Positions 27,271 to 35,397 of a stretch of 64,000 nt of DNA are shown here, piece after piece. Position numbers and translations under genes: made by a program. This DNA is from a virus (lineage: Duplodnaviria; Heunggongvirae; Uroviricota; Caudoviricetes). A model generated the notes under the pieces. The model was not told where the DNA came from. It searched no databases and saw nothing but the letters and a program-made list of their open reading frames with translations. Within the stretch, counting starts at the first letter, position 1. Every line of letters begins with the position of its first letter. Location of the stretch: IMG/VR virus record IMGVR_UViG_3300033069_001204, positions 1-64,000 of that record; one strand, written 5' to 3'.

Positions 27271-27684
27271 TCAGGCCACCCTATGCTTAGGAGTTATTGA
27301 GCTGCAAAGGCCGGCGGATTCGGAACCCGAGCATTCCACCGGATAGAGCTCTAGCGGGGTTTCCGCCCAGAACTTGATGTGGTCGGCATGGCTGCATATC
27401 CATTGGGCTCCGGCGCGCGGGTGGCTGATATAGCCCAGGAACTCCGCCTCGCATTCCCAGACTTGCATGCATGGATACCTGTCTGAAAACGCAACTGCGG
27501 CATCCCTGTCCGTGAAGGCGTATAGGCCTGAATTGGGAATGACAGGCTTCGTCGCAACTCCAGGCCTGTAGAGCAGCGAAACAACGCCGTCCCCTAGCCC
27601 GGCAAGGCCTGCAGCATTTTTACAGGTCACGTTGAAGCTGTGGAGCTGGCTGCCCGATGCATACAAGACTTTGTAGACTTTCAT
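27271..27684 (-). CDS. hypothetical protein, MKVYKAV paralog family
   Basis: 137 aa; see 26429..26866. Confidence 0.55.
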   Translation of the reverse strand: MKVYKVLYASGSQLHSFNVTCKNAAGLAGLGDGVVSLLYRPGVATKPVIPNSGLYAFTDRDAAVAFSDRYPCMQVWECEAEFLGYISHPRAGAQWICSHADHIKFWAETPLELYPVECSGSESAGLCSSITPKHRVA

Positions 27685-27687
27685 TGT

Positions 27688-27876
27688 TCAGGCTCCTTTC
27701 ATGACCTCCGTGACATAGCCCTCGACCAGTTCCCAGTTCATGCCGATTGAGGCGTCGAAGCGGGCCTCCATCATGTCGAGAACCTGATTGGCCTGATCGG
27801 CATCCAGCGTGACTTCCAGGTTCTCCGCGGCCTGATGGACGTCCTCGATTGTCCAGTAGCATACCTTCCTGTCCAT
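27688..27876 (-). CDS. small acidic hypothetical protein
   Basis: 62-aa ORF. Confidence 0.35.
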   Translation of the reverse strand: MDRKVCYWTIEDVHQAAENLEVTLDADQANQVLDMMEARFDASIGMNWELVEGYVTEVMKGA

Positions 27877-27888
27877 GTCCTGATCTCC

Positions 27889-28305
27889 TTATTGAATTAT
27901 TCCGAATTCCATATAGCCGCGGATTCCCGTTATCATCTTGGCGAGGTCGGGATACTCCTTTTCCTGCTCTGGCACGAACTCGCCTTCCACTCTGTCAAAG
28001 AAGGCGCGGTTGCCTACGATCCGGGCTCCGCGCTCCGGCCCGAATACCATGACGTAGCCGGCGATGTCCAGCATTTCCAGGACTTCCCTATGCTTGATGA
28101 TGTCCTTGGCACCCTGACGAAAGCCCAGCTTGAAGCAGGTCGATCCGCGCAGGACGATGATGTCAGGATTCCCGGCCCTCCAGCCATTGGAGAAGCCCCG
28201 CTCGAATTCCAGGCGCTCGTCCTCGGTCAGCATAGGCTTTTTGCGGGCTAGGGCCTCAGAGGCTCTTGCGCTGGCCACGTCGAAGACGTCGTTGTTCGGA
28301 TTCAT
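27889..28305 (-). CDS. hypothetical protein (start MNPNNDVFDV; SD aagggaaggag)
   Basis: ORF 27889..28341 with an internal Met and a strong SD. Confidence 0.5.
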   Translation of the reverse strand: MNPNNDVFDVASARASEALARKKPMLTEDERLEFERGFSNGWRAGNPDIIVLRGSTCFKLGFRQGAKDIIKHREVLEMLDIAGYVMVFGPERGARIVGNRAFFDRVEGEFVPEQEKEYPDLAKMITGIRGYMEFGIIQ

Positions 28306-28341
28306 TTCCTGATCTCCTTCCCTTTGGTTGGGCATTCCCAT

Positions 28342-29692
28342 TATAAGCCTCTATTCACTTAGGCCCATAATGGGAATGGGCCGGAACTCCGGTATGGAGA
28401 ACCGGCCAGCTTCCCGTCTTCAATTTCCCGGACTTGGCGCCCTTCAGCTATTCGCCTATCGCGCTGGCTATTCGAATTCCTTGCGGCCCTTCGCTCCCTA
28501 GCTACCGCCGCCTATCCATTCGCATGCCCGGCAAAGCCCAGCCATTCCTATGATGGAGAATGGCCGTCCTTCACCTTCGTCTCGTTGACTATTGTCGTCC
28601 CGTCCAACCCCTTTATGGGAGCCTTGGCATCTGGAGCCCTTTAGCCCGAATAGGCCCTTGATTATTTAATTGGCCTATGGAATTCATCTCCAGCCCTTTT
28701 GCGGCTTCCCAATATTCGATTGGGGGATTTCCTCCTTGAGGGAATTCTGATTCCCTTGGATCTTTCAATGAGCACCGGAGCCTCTAGCGCTCCTTCAATG
28801 ATTCCATTATAGAATGGGATTGCAGAATAGGCAATAGCTTTTTCCGAAAATTTTCGGAAAATAATGGAGACCCTGGAATTGTCCCTGTGGAGCCTGCATC
28901 CCTGGGCGCAGGGTCGAGCCTAATGAGTCCTTAGAGTGGAGTCCTTAAGGCCAATATAGGCTCTTTTTCAGGGCCGGAATCCCAGGGATTCCCTATTCCT
29001 TATTATATAAAGGGAATTTCAGGGGCCAAAACCACGGCCATGGAATCCGGCCATTCCAGCAAAACACGAATCCCATGATGCCATAGGACTATGATATGGG
29101 GAATCCCATGATGTGGGAATACGGGCCATGCAATGCCAGACAGGGAATGACGCCATCCCTGGGAGCCGGGCCGGGCGGGGACGGGGATGGCCCTTATATG
29201 GGAAAGAGGGGAGGGGAGGCGGGACGGAATCCCAGGGGCCTGGGGGCCGGCCGGGCCGCGCGCCGGGGGAGGCTCCCCTCCTCGTGACATTCTCTCGTGA
29301 CATTCTCTCACGACATTCTTTCCATGGCATCAGGCCCATTCCCGGTCTCTTTCCATGGCATCAGGCCCATTCCCTATTCGCCATCCAATCCTCTCCCCTT
29401 ATGGCCTTCCCTATATGCCTTCATCATATCTTTCCCCACATATCCCTCCCATGCCTTTCCTCTATGGGAATATTATGGCCTTCCCTATATCTCTCCATTA
29501 TAATATATAGTTCTCCATATAGGCCTGTCTCCATATATCCATGGTCTCCCCTATTATATTCCCATAGCCATAGTCTCCGGATTTCTCCCCCCGGAAAATT
29601 ATGTCTTCCGTGACAGACATGAAAACCGGCTGTTGGTCTTTTCCTGTATTCCCTATATATTATCCTAGCCAAACCAATAAGGAGTCCATCCA
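28342..29692. promoter_or_regulatory. 1.35 kb non-coding divergent region packed with iterons and palindromes (candidate origin, pac site or regulatory switch)
   Basis: - Only compositionally biased short ORFs.
- Contains: an 8-bp inverted repeat at 28338-28374; a 20-bp perfect palindrome tttccgaaaattttcggaaa at 28841-28860; GGAATCCC(A) at 28976 (itself palindromic), 29068, 29101 and 29226; three tandem 13-bp units at 29283-29321; a 24-bp repeat ttccatggcatcaggcccattccc at 29320-29343 and 29351-29374; atggccttccctatat at 29401 and 29476; a G-run tract at 29160-29280.
- Plus-strand composition switches from C-rich to G-rich across it. Confidence 0.7.
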
Positions 29693-29965
29693 ATGTTCAG
29701 CAATCCGTTCCGTGTCCTTCTGAGGACAGCCCTTAGATTCTTCAGCGCTTCCGGCCTCCTCAACGGGGATAGGGTGCGCAGGACAGAGGATCTATGCAGC
29801 CGCCTTTGTAGATACGGAGATGTCGGATATTCCGAATATCGTGATGAGATCGGAATCGTCGAGCCGAATCCTGATTTTCCCCATGCTTTGGTGAATGTGC
29901 GCTGGATCGGGTCGGGGAAAGTGGATGTCATAAATCCGGAGAACCTTGAATTGGTGGAGCCATGA
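29693..29965 (+). CDS. hypothetical protein (SD aaggag)
   Basis: 90 aa. First gene of the rightward operon. Confidence 0.5.
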   Translation: MFSNPFRVLLRTALRFFSASGLLNGDRVRRTEDLCSRLCRYGDVGYSEYRDEIGIVEPNPDFPHALVNVRWIGSGKVDVINPENLELVEP

Positions 29966-30837
29966 ACATCCTCTACAGGCATCGCAGATTCGGACAACGG
30001 GCATTGCGGACAATCGGGCTGGCCAATGAGATCATTTCCGAGTATCAGGATCAAGGCTTCTCCCTGACCTTGCGCCAGCTCTATTATCAATTCGTGGCCA
30101 GGGGGCTCATTCCGAATTCCCAGCGGGAATACAAGAACCTGGGTTCCGTAGTGGACGATGCCCGCATGGCCGGCCTCATTGACTGGCTGGCCATAGAGGA
30201 TCGCACCAGGAATCTCAGGACCCTGCCTTGCTGGAAATCGCCAAAGGACATAATGTCCGCTGTCGTCGGCCAATACCGCACCGATCCCTGGCTTCTGCAG
30301 TCCAGCCATGTGGAGGTCTGGATTGAGAAGGATGCCCTTGTCGGAGTCATTGAACGCGTCTGCAATAAATGGCGGGTCCCCTTCTTCGCATGTCGCGGCT
30401 ACAACTCCCAGTCCGAACAATGGGCTGCCGGCCGTCGCATGCTGGACGCCTCTGTCGCCGGATATGAGCCCATTGTCCTGCATCTTGGCGATCATGATCC
30501 ATCCGGGATAGATATGACCAGGGACAATGAGGAGCGCCTGTCTTTATTTGCGGAGGGTCCGGTGGAGGTCCGGCGGCTCGCCCTGAACATCAATCAGGTC
30601 AGGAAGCATAATCCTCCTCCCAATCCCGCCAAGGAGACTGATTCGCGCTGCAGTTCCTATGTAAGCCGCTTTGGAAATTCAAGCTGGGAGCTGGATGCCT
30701 TGGATCCCAGAATAATAGAATCCCTGATTGATTCCGAGATACAGTCCATCATAAGTCCATCCAAGTGGAAGGAGGCCATGGCCAATGAGGAATCGGGACG
30801 GGATGCTCTAATTGCCGCTATGGAGGACATGGAATGA
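29962..30837 (+). CDS. compact Spo11/topoisomerase VI subunit A-like protein (CAP/wHTH with a YY motif + TOPRIM)
   Basis: 291 aa. SLTLRQLYYQFVARGLIPN is like the catalytic-tyrosine region RxxYY of Top6A/Spo11. VEVWIEKDALVGVI supplies the TOPRIM Glu (EKD). LHLGDHDPSGIDM matches the TOPRIM DxDxxG motif of Top6A (DADPYGIEI). Confidence 0.55.
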   Translation: MNILYRHRRFGQRALRTIGLANEIISEYQDQGFSLTLRQLYYQFVARGLIPNSQREYKNLGSVVDDARMAGLIDWLAIEDRTRNLRTLPCWKSPKDIMSAVVGQYRTDPWLLQSSHVEVWIEKDALVGVIERVCNKWRVPFFACRGYNSQSEQWAAGRRMLDASVAGYEPIVLHLGDHDPSGIDMTRDNEERLSLFAEGPVEVRRLALNINQVRKHNPPPNPAKETDSRCSSYVSRFGNSSWELDALDPRIIESLIDSEIQSIISPSKWKEAMANEESGRDALIAAMEDME

Positions 30838-31127
30838 TAGTCGTGGAATCGGGCTTTGTCACGATGACATGCCAGACAGTCCTTGAAGGAGGCCTCGGCC
30901 CTGAAGGCGAGTTGTTCTGTCGCCTTATGGATATCTCCGGAATTCTGGAGGTTGGCGGCGTATTCGATATCTGCTTCTATGAATCATGCCGCCTCATTAG
31001 CCGCAGGGTCAGCCCTGAGGATGCCGAGGTCCTCCGGAATATTCTGAAGTCCGGGAGGCCAATGACAATGAAAGGATACGACCATGGCATGCGTGATCAT
31101 ATGGGAATGTGGAAGCGAAACACATAA
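30834..31127 (+). CDS. hypothetical protein
   Basis: 97-aa ORF. Confidence 0.4.
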   Translation: MIVVESGFVTMTCQTVLEGGLGPEGELFCRLMDISGILEVGGVFDICFYESCRLISRRVSPEDAEVLRNILKSGRPMTMKGYDHGMRDHMGMWKRNT

Positions 31128-31256
31128 GTCAAGAGCAGACGCTGAATGCATTTCCAATAGAGGCCACATTAATCTCTCAAATGGAATTCAACGAAATATT
31201 GGAAATTCATTCAATGGAACATTATATTCTTGGAGAATATATAATGGAGAGGACTA

Positions 31257-31574
31257 ATGCGCATAACGATATCTAAAGATTTTACAGATGCTCCAGGAGG
31301 AAGATATATTAAAAATGGTGATTTTTCTGGAGAGTATTTTAGAGAAAAACATTTGGTTCCTGCATTTGACAGGCTCTCTAAAGGAGAAAAACTTATCGTA
31401 AATCTTGATGGTTGTTTTGGATTTGTGACAAGTTTCCTTGAGGAGGCCTTTGGAGGGCTTGCTAGGGAAAAAGGGACAAATGTCGTTCTAGAAAGAATTG
31501 AAATAGAAGATACTGAACAGCCAGAGCGCATAGAGTTGATCAAGTCGTATATTAAGAATGCAAATAACAAATGA
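31257..31574 (+). CDS. STAS-like (DUF4325-type) small protein in an AT-rich moron
   Basis: 105 aa. KLIVNLDGCFGFVTSFLEEAFGGL resembles the DUF4325/STAS pattern (xDFxGVxxISSSFxDEaFG). Local GC is much lower than the flanks. Confidence 0.4.
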   Translation: MRITISKDFTDAPGGRYIKNGDFSGEYFREKHLVPAFDRLSKGEKLIVNLDGCFGFVTSFLEEAFGGLAREKGTNVVLERIEIEDTEQPERIELIKSYIKNANNK

Positions 31575-31583
31575 AGGCTTTAA

Positions 31584-31829
31584 ATGTTAATGGCAATTGA
31601 ACTTATTAAATTGTTGGTGCAAATAGGCCTTGCGACTGCCATTTGTTATCTTGGATATAAACTTTCTGCTTTTAGAGCTGCAAATGAGAAGAAAATAGAG
31701 GTTTGCCTTAAGATTTATGATGAGCTCATATGTGCATTTAATAATGAAGAAGAATTTATAAGAAGTGCAGAAAAAACTGGCCGTAAAGATGAGGTTGTTA
31801 AGCTTGTATTCTCAGGGACAAGGCACTAG
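31584..31829 (+). CDS. small membrane protein (N-terminal TM helix) in the AT-rich moron
   Basis: 81 aa. LLVQIGLATAICYLGY is a hydrophobic helix. Co-directional with the STAS-like gene, 10 nt downstream of it. Confidence 0.45.
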   Translation: MLMAIELIKLLVQIGLATAICYLGYKLSAFRAANEKKIEVCLKIYDELICAFNNEEEFIRSAEKTGRKDEVVKLVFSGTRH

Positions 31830-31888
31830 AAACTTGGAATTACTGGCACGCAGCTGATACTCAAAAACATCAATAGGAGGACATCATA

Positions 31889-32137
31889 ATGGATTTCAGC
31901 GACGCGTTACTACATCTCAAAGCTGGAAGCAAGATTCGCAGAGAGGGATGGAATGGCAAAGGGATCTTCGTAGGAATGGCCGAACCCGGACCCAGCCCGG
32001 ATCTATTCACTGCTCGATGCCTATACATTGACACTACGGGGCTCCGGACCAAAAACAAGAAAGCCCCCAAGTGTCGGGTTCCATGGCTGCCAAGCCATAC
32101 GGATATTCTAGCGGAGGATTGGGAGCTGCTCAAATGA
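31889..32137 (+). CDS. DUF2829-family protein (Thoeris anti-defence Tad2-like)
   Basis: 82 aa. MDFSDALLHLKAGSKIRREGWNGKGIFVGM matches the DUF2829 N-terminal signature ALxxLKxGxKxxRxGWNGKGxF. SD aggagg. Confidence 0.5.
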   Translation: MDFSDALLHLKAGSKIRREGWNGKGIFVGMAEPGPSPDLFTARCLYIDTTGLRTKNKKAPKCRVPWLPSHTDILAEDWELLK

Positions 32138-32526
32138 TCATCCATTATGAATTGACTGGTCTTCCTGCTGAGATCCTGGGATACAGCCTGATAGCGGCCG
32201 CCATTGTCGTAGTCGCTGTGGCGACCATAATTGCCGTTCCATTTCTTGGAGCATTTGCTGAGGGCTTCGGTGATTTGTTTCGAGAATCCAGAATGGCGTA
32301 TCGCCTCACTGTCTTTACGGCGTATCGAATATGCAAAGCAGCCAAACGCCCATTCAGCAGGAAACGCGCATGGCAGACATTTTTTAGAATCAACACCAAT
32401 GCCGCCGCTCGGAGCAGGAATAGACTGTTAGTTCTGAATAAGATTGTCGAGACTATGAATGGCGATATGCAGGATTCCGACAAGCTTGAATGCGTAGCCG
32501 ACATTTTGAACGCTTACAAGGAATAA
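32134..32526 (+). CDS. membrane protein (single TM), start MIIHYE overlapping the upstream stop (ATGA)
   Basis: ORF 32071..32526; the ATG at 32134 is in the ATGA overlap. Hydrophobic stretch AAAIVVVAVATIIAVPFLGAF. Confidence 0.4.
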   Translation: MIIHYELTGLPAEILGYSLIAAAIVVVAVATIIAVPFLGAFAEGFGDLFRESRMAYRLTVFTAYRICKAAKRPFSRKRAWQTFFRINTNAAARSRNRLLVLNKIVETMNGDMQDSDKLECVADILNAYKE

Positions 32527-32607
32527 CGCAATGAAACGCGGAACTCCATTAATTCATCATAGCTGGTGTCCATGCTGCGATAGGGCTATGGCATCTCCTG
32601 GAAGGAA

Positions 32608-33318
32608 GTGTGGAGCCTGCGGACGGAAAGTCAGAAGAATAGGAAACCAAGGAAGGCGCAGATGCCAAAACCTAAATTGAAGCTACAGCCATCCAAGCCC
32701 AAGGCCAAGCCCAGGACGGCGAAGGTCAAGGAGGCCGACGACATTGCCTTGGAGCCGGTCGTCCAGGCCTTCTTCGATAAGCTGCCGGCAAGCCATCAGG
32801 TCAAACCCTCCAGCATGCCTTTGGCTCTAGGCCCGGAGGGCGTGGACTCATGGCTTGCCGGCAGCCCCCAGAAGTTGAAGGATGCCTGCGACGCATACTT
32901 CGAGTCCGTGGATATGCGGAACCTCGCCTTCCAGGACAACAACCCGAAGGCCGAGACGAAGATACCATACACGCATCAAGGCCTATGTCTGTTCCTTGGC
33001 CTGCTCGATCGTTCCAATCTCATCACCCTCCTGAAGTCGGATCCCCATAAGCCGATCATGGCCACAGCCATTCTCCGCATCGAACAGGATATTGTGGAGG
33101 GGACGCTGATGGGAGCATTCAATCCCAAGATGTCCAGCATGTATCTCACGCAATGTCTGGCCTGGCTCGATGGCCGGGGTTCGAAAGGCGGCGGCCCGCG
33201 CTCCGTGGAAGGCTCTGGCGTCCAAATCAACTTCGTGAGTGTGGAGTCCCCGGAGGATTTGAAACGGCTCAATGAGGCCAGGAAGCAGCCCGTCCTTGAC
33301 GTGGGCCAGGAGGACTAG
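32608..33318 (+). CDS. putative terminase small subunit (alternative start ATG 32662, MPKPKLK, with SD aaggaagg)
   Basis: Basic N-terminus followed by a helical domain. Lies immediately upstream of, and nearly abutting, the TerL gene. Confidence 0.5.
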   Translation: MWSLRTESQKNRKPRKAQMPKPKLKLQPSKPKAKPRTAKVKEADDIALEPVVQAFFDKLPASHQVKPSSMPLALGPEGVDSWLAGSPQKLKDACDAYFESVDMRNLAFQDNNPKAETKIPYTHQGLCLFLGLLDRSNLITLLKSDPHKPIMATAILRIEQDIVEGTLMGAFNPKMSSMYLTQCLAWLDGRGSKGGGPRSVEGSGVQINFVSVESPEDLKRLNEARKQPVLDVGQED

Positions 33319-33321
33319 ACC

Positions 33322-34773
33322 ATGGGTTCCGGAACCATTATTCTAAATGTCCTGACGTCCAAAGTCTTCCGTAAGATAAAGGAGGCGGCCGGTCCCTATT
33401 TGACTGAGGAGGAACGCAACGCCAGGATAGCCAGGGGCGAGACGATGTCCGAAGTCCGACACATTGTGCTGTCTGGCTCCAGCCGCTCAACAAAGACCTA
33501 TAGCGCGCTGCAGTTCATAATAAGCTGTTGCCTTGCGAATCCCGGACTTCAATGCGCCATCATAAGGGCCAAGCTGACCTGGCTCCGCAAGACAGTCTTC
33601 AAGGATTTCGTCAAGATCATGCACATGGCAGGGCTCTGGGATCCCTCCAGGATGAACAGGTCCGAGTGGGAATACACTTTCGACAACGGCTCCCAGATCT
33701 CATTCATAGGAATGGACCAGGATGCCGGCTTCGCAAAGGTCCACGGCATGAAGACCGACCTGGCCTTCTATAATGAAATAACGGAGCTCAGCTATGACCA
33801 CGTCCGTCAGGTCGATATCCGAAATACCTGGCTCCAGATCTACGACTTCAACCCGAACTGTCCGGAGCGTTACTGGATCTATGAACGCATCCTGTCCCAG
33901 ACCGGGAAGGCCGTCCACATCCATTCTACATATAAGGACAATCCATTCCTGGAGCGTCGCGTCGTGGAGAGCATCGAAGCCTATGAGCCGACCCCTGCCA
34001 ACATAGCGAGAGGGACCGCCGACAAGACATTCTGGGATATCTATGGCCTGGGCGTCCGCGGCACCATCTCCGGGCTGGTGTTCACCAATTGGAGGATGGT
34101 CAAGGACCTGCCGGATAAGCTGGACAAGCCTGGATATGGAATGGACTTCGGATTCACAAACGACCCCACCACCTTGACATTCTGCGGGCAGACCCCCGGA
34201 GAGATCTGGGTGGATGAGCTCATATATGAACGGGACCTCGTCAATCTATGCGTGCCGAACAATCCGGGCATCCGAAGCATAGAGGGCGAGATGCTCAGGC
34301 TCAAGGTCAAGAAGACCCTGCCGATGTATTGCGAGTCGGCCGAACCCAAGACGGTCAGGGATATGCAGAATGCCGGCTTCAATGCCATTCCGGTCGTGAA
34401 GGGTCCGGGCAGCGTGGTGGCCGGCATCACAGGCATGAAGCGATTCAGGCTGAATGTCACGGAGCGTAGCATCCATATCATAGCCGAGCTCGGCAACTAT
34501 AAGTGGAAGGATCAGAAAGGGTCCCTAGGGGAGGCGTTCGTCAATGAGCCCGTGGACGCCTGGAACCATTGCCTGGACGGCATACGCTACTACGTGATGT
34601 CCTGCGAACCTGGAAGCTGCATGGTGGAGCAGGGCAGGACCGAGATGCTGCCAATAAGAGTGGGACGCGGAGTGGCCAGCCGCAAATATGACATGTATCA
34701 GGGTCCCGATAATGAAGAGGGACAGGAGGCCCATCGCAGATGGCTGGATGCCGTATCCCAGCGAAGTCAGTGA
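33322..34773 (+). CDS. terminase large subunit (ATPase + RNase H-like nuclease)
   Basis: 483 aa. Walker A VLSGSSRSTKTY; nuclease motifs GMDFGFTNDPTTL and DAWNHCLDGIRYYV. Confidence 0.9.
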   Translation: MGSGTIILNVLTSKVFRKIKEAAGPYLTEEERNARIARGETMSEVRHIVLSGSSRSTKTYSALQFIISCCLANPGLQCAIIRAKLTWLRKTVFKDFVKIMHMAGLWDPSRMNRSEWEYTFDNGSQISFIGMDQDAGFAKVHGMKTDLAFYNEITELSYDHVRQVDIRNTWLQIYDFNPNCPERYWIYERILSQTGKAVHIHSTYKDNPFLERRVVESIEAYEPTPANIARGTADKTFWDIYGLGVRGTISGLVFTNWRMVKDLPDKLDKPGYGMDFGFTNDPTTLTFCGQTPGEIWVDELIYERDLVNLCVPNNPGIRSIEGEMLRLKVKKTLPMYCESAEPKTVRDMQNAGFNAIPVVKGPGSVVAGITGMKRFRLNVTERSIHIIAELGNYKWKDQKGSLGEAFVNEPVDAWNHCLDGIRYYVMSCEPGSCMVEQGRTEMLPIRVGRGVASRKYDMYQGPDNEEGQEAHRRWLDAVSQRSQ

Positions 34774-34836
34774 TTTTTGAGAATATCAACGTATAGTATC
34801 CTTGGTTTCCGGAAAACAACCAATTGGAGGAATACA

Positions 34837-35271
34837 ATGGACAAGAAGCCGGCAGACAGCAAGAAGACCGTCGCGTTCAGCGACAGCATGCGCAGAGGCG
34901 CTCGTCAGATGGGATTCGCGGACGACAACGACAGTCTCGCAGCCCTCCTCGCAGGGACCCCCAGCGCTCCGGCGGCGGACGAGACTCCGGCCGCTCCTGC
35001 GGACCAGGCGGCCCACGAAGCCGCAGAGACTCCCGAAAAGGAGGCCATGGAGGAGAAGGGCGTCAAGGAGAATCCCAAGACCCTCATGGACGACATCAAG
35101 AAGGTCCTCGCCAACAAGGACATAGCCAAGGAAGTCAAGGACAAGGGCGAGGCGGTCCTGACCAAGCTGGAAGAGCTTGACAAGAGCGTCGAAGACGCCA
35201 AGACCTTCCTGGCCGAGAACAAGCCGGCGGCCCCAGAGGAAATGGCTGCGGCGGCCCCAGAGGCCAAGTAA
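34837..35271 (+). CDS. Ala/Glu/Lys-rich disordered protein (start MDKKPADSKK; SD ggagg)
   Basis: ORF 34777..35271 with an internal Met and SD. Followed by a strong terminator. Confidence 0.5.
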   Translation: MDKKPADSKKTVAFSDSMRRGARQMGFADDNDSLAALLAGTPSAPAADETPAAPADQAAHEAAETPEKEAMEEKGVKENPKTLMDDIKKVLANKDIAKEVKDKGEAVLTKLEELDKSVEDAKTFLAENKPAAPEEMAAAAPEAK

Positions 35272-35289
35272 GTTCTGACACCCTCCTGT

Positions 35290-35334
35290 AAGGCCGGTTG
35301 ATGCCCACCACGTCAACCGGCCTTCTTATTTTTC
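35290..35334 (+). terminator. rho-independent terminator (11-bp stem aaggccggttg / caaccggcctt + cttatttttc)
   Basis: Read directly: stem at 35290-35300 / 35314-35324, a 13-nt loop, and a T-tract at 35325-35334. Confidence 0.8.
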
Positions 35335-35397
35335 GTGATACGTGATCCTTGATCCTATATATTTCACATAACCCAAGAACAAAAAGGAGAATGGGTC

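Noticed and set aside
29280-29600. CRISPR-like look of the short tandem repeats in the non-coding region
   Set aside because: The repeat units are 13-24 bp and directly adjacent or only 7 bp apart. There are no regularly sized unique spacers and no cas genes. They are better explained as iterons or binding-site arrays.
29003-29613. Several 60-170-aa ORFs on both strands within the 28342..29692 region
   Set aside because: All have extremely biased Gly/Pro/Arg or Pro/Ser/Ile composition that follows the G-tract and the repeats. No RBS and no operon context. Treated as non-coding.
34786-35316. Multiple overlapping ORFs in all frames across the Ala/Glu-rich gene 34837..35271
   Set aside because: Caused by GC-rich repetitive GCN/GAR codons. 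Only the frame starting at MDKKPADSKK has an SD and reads as a coherent low-complexity protein.
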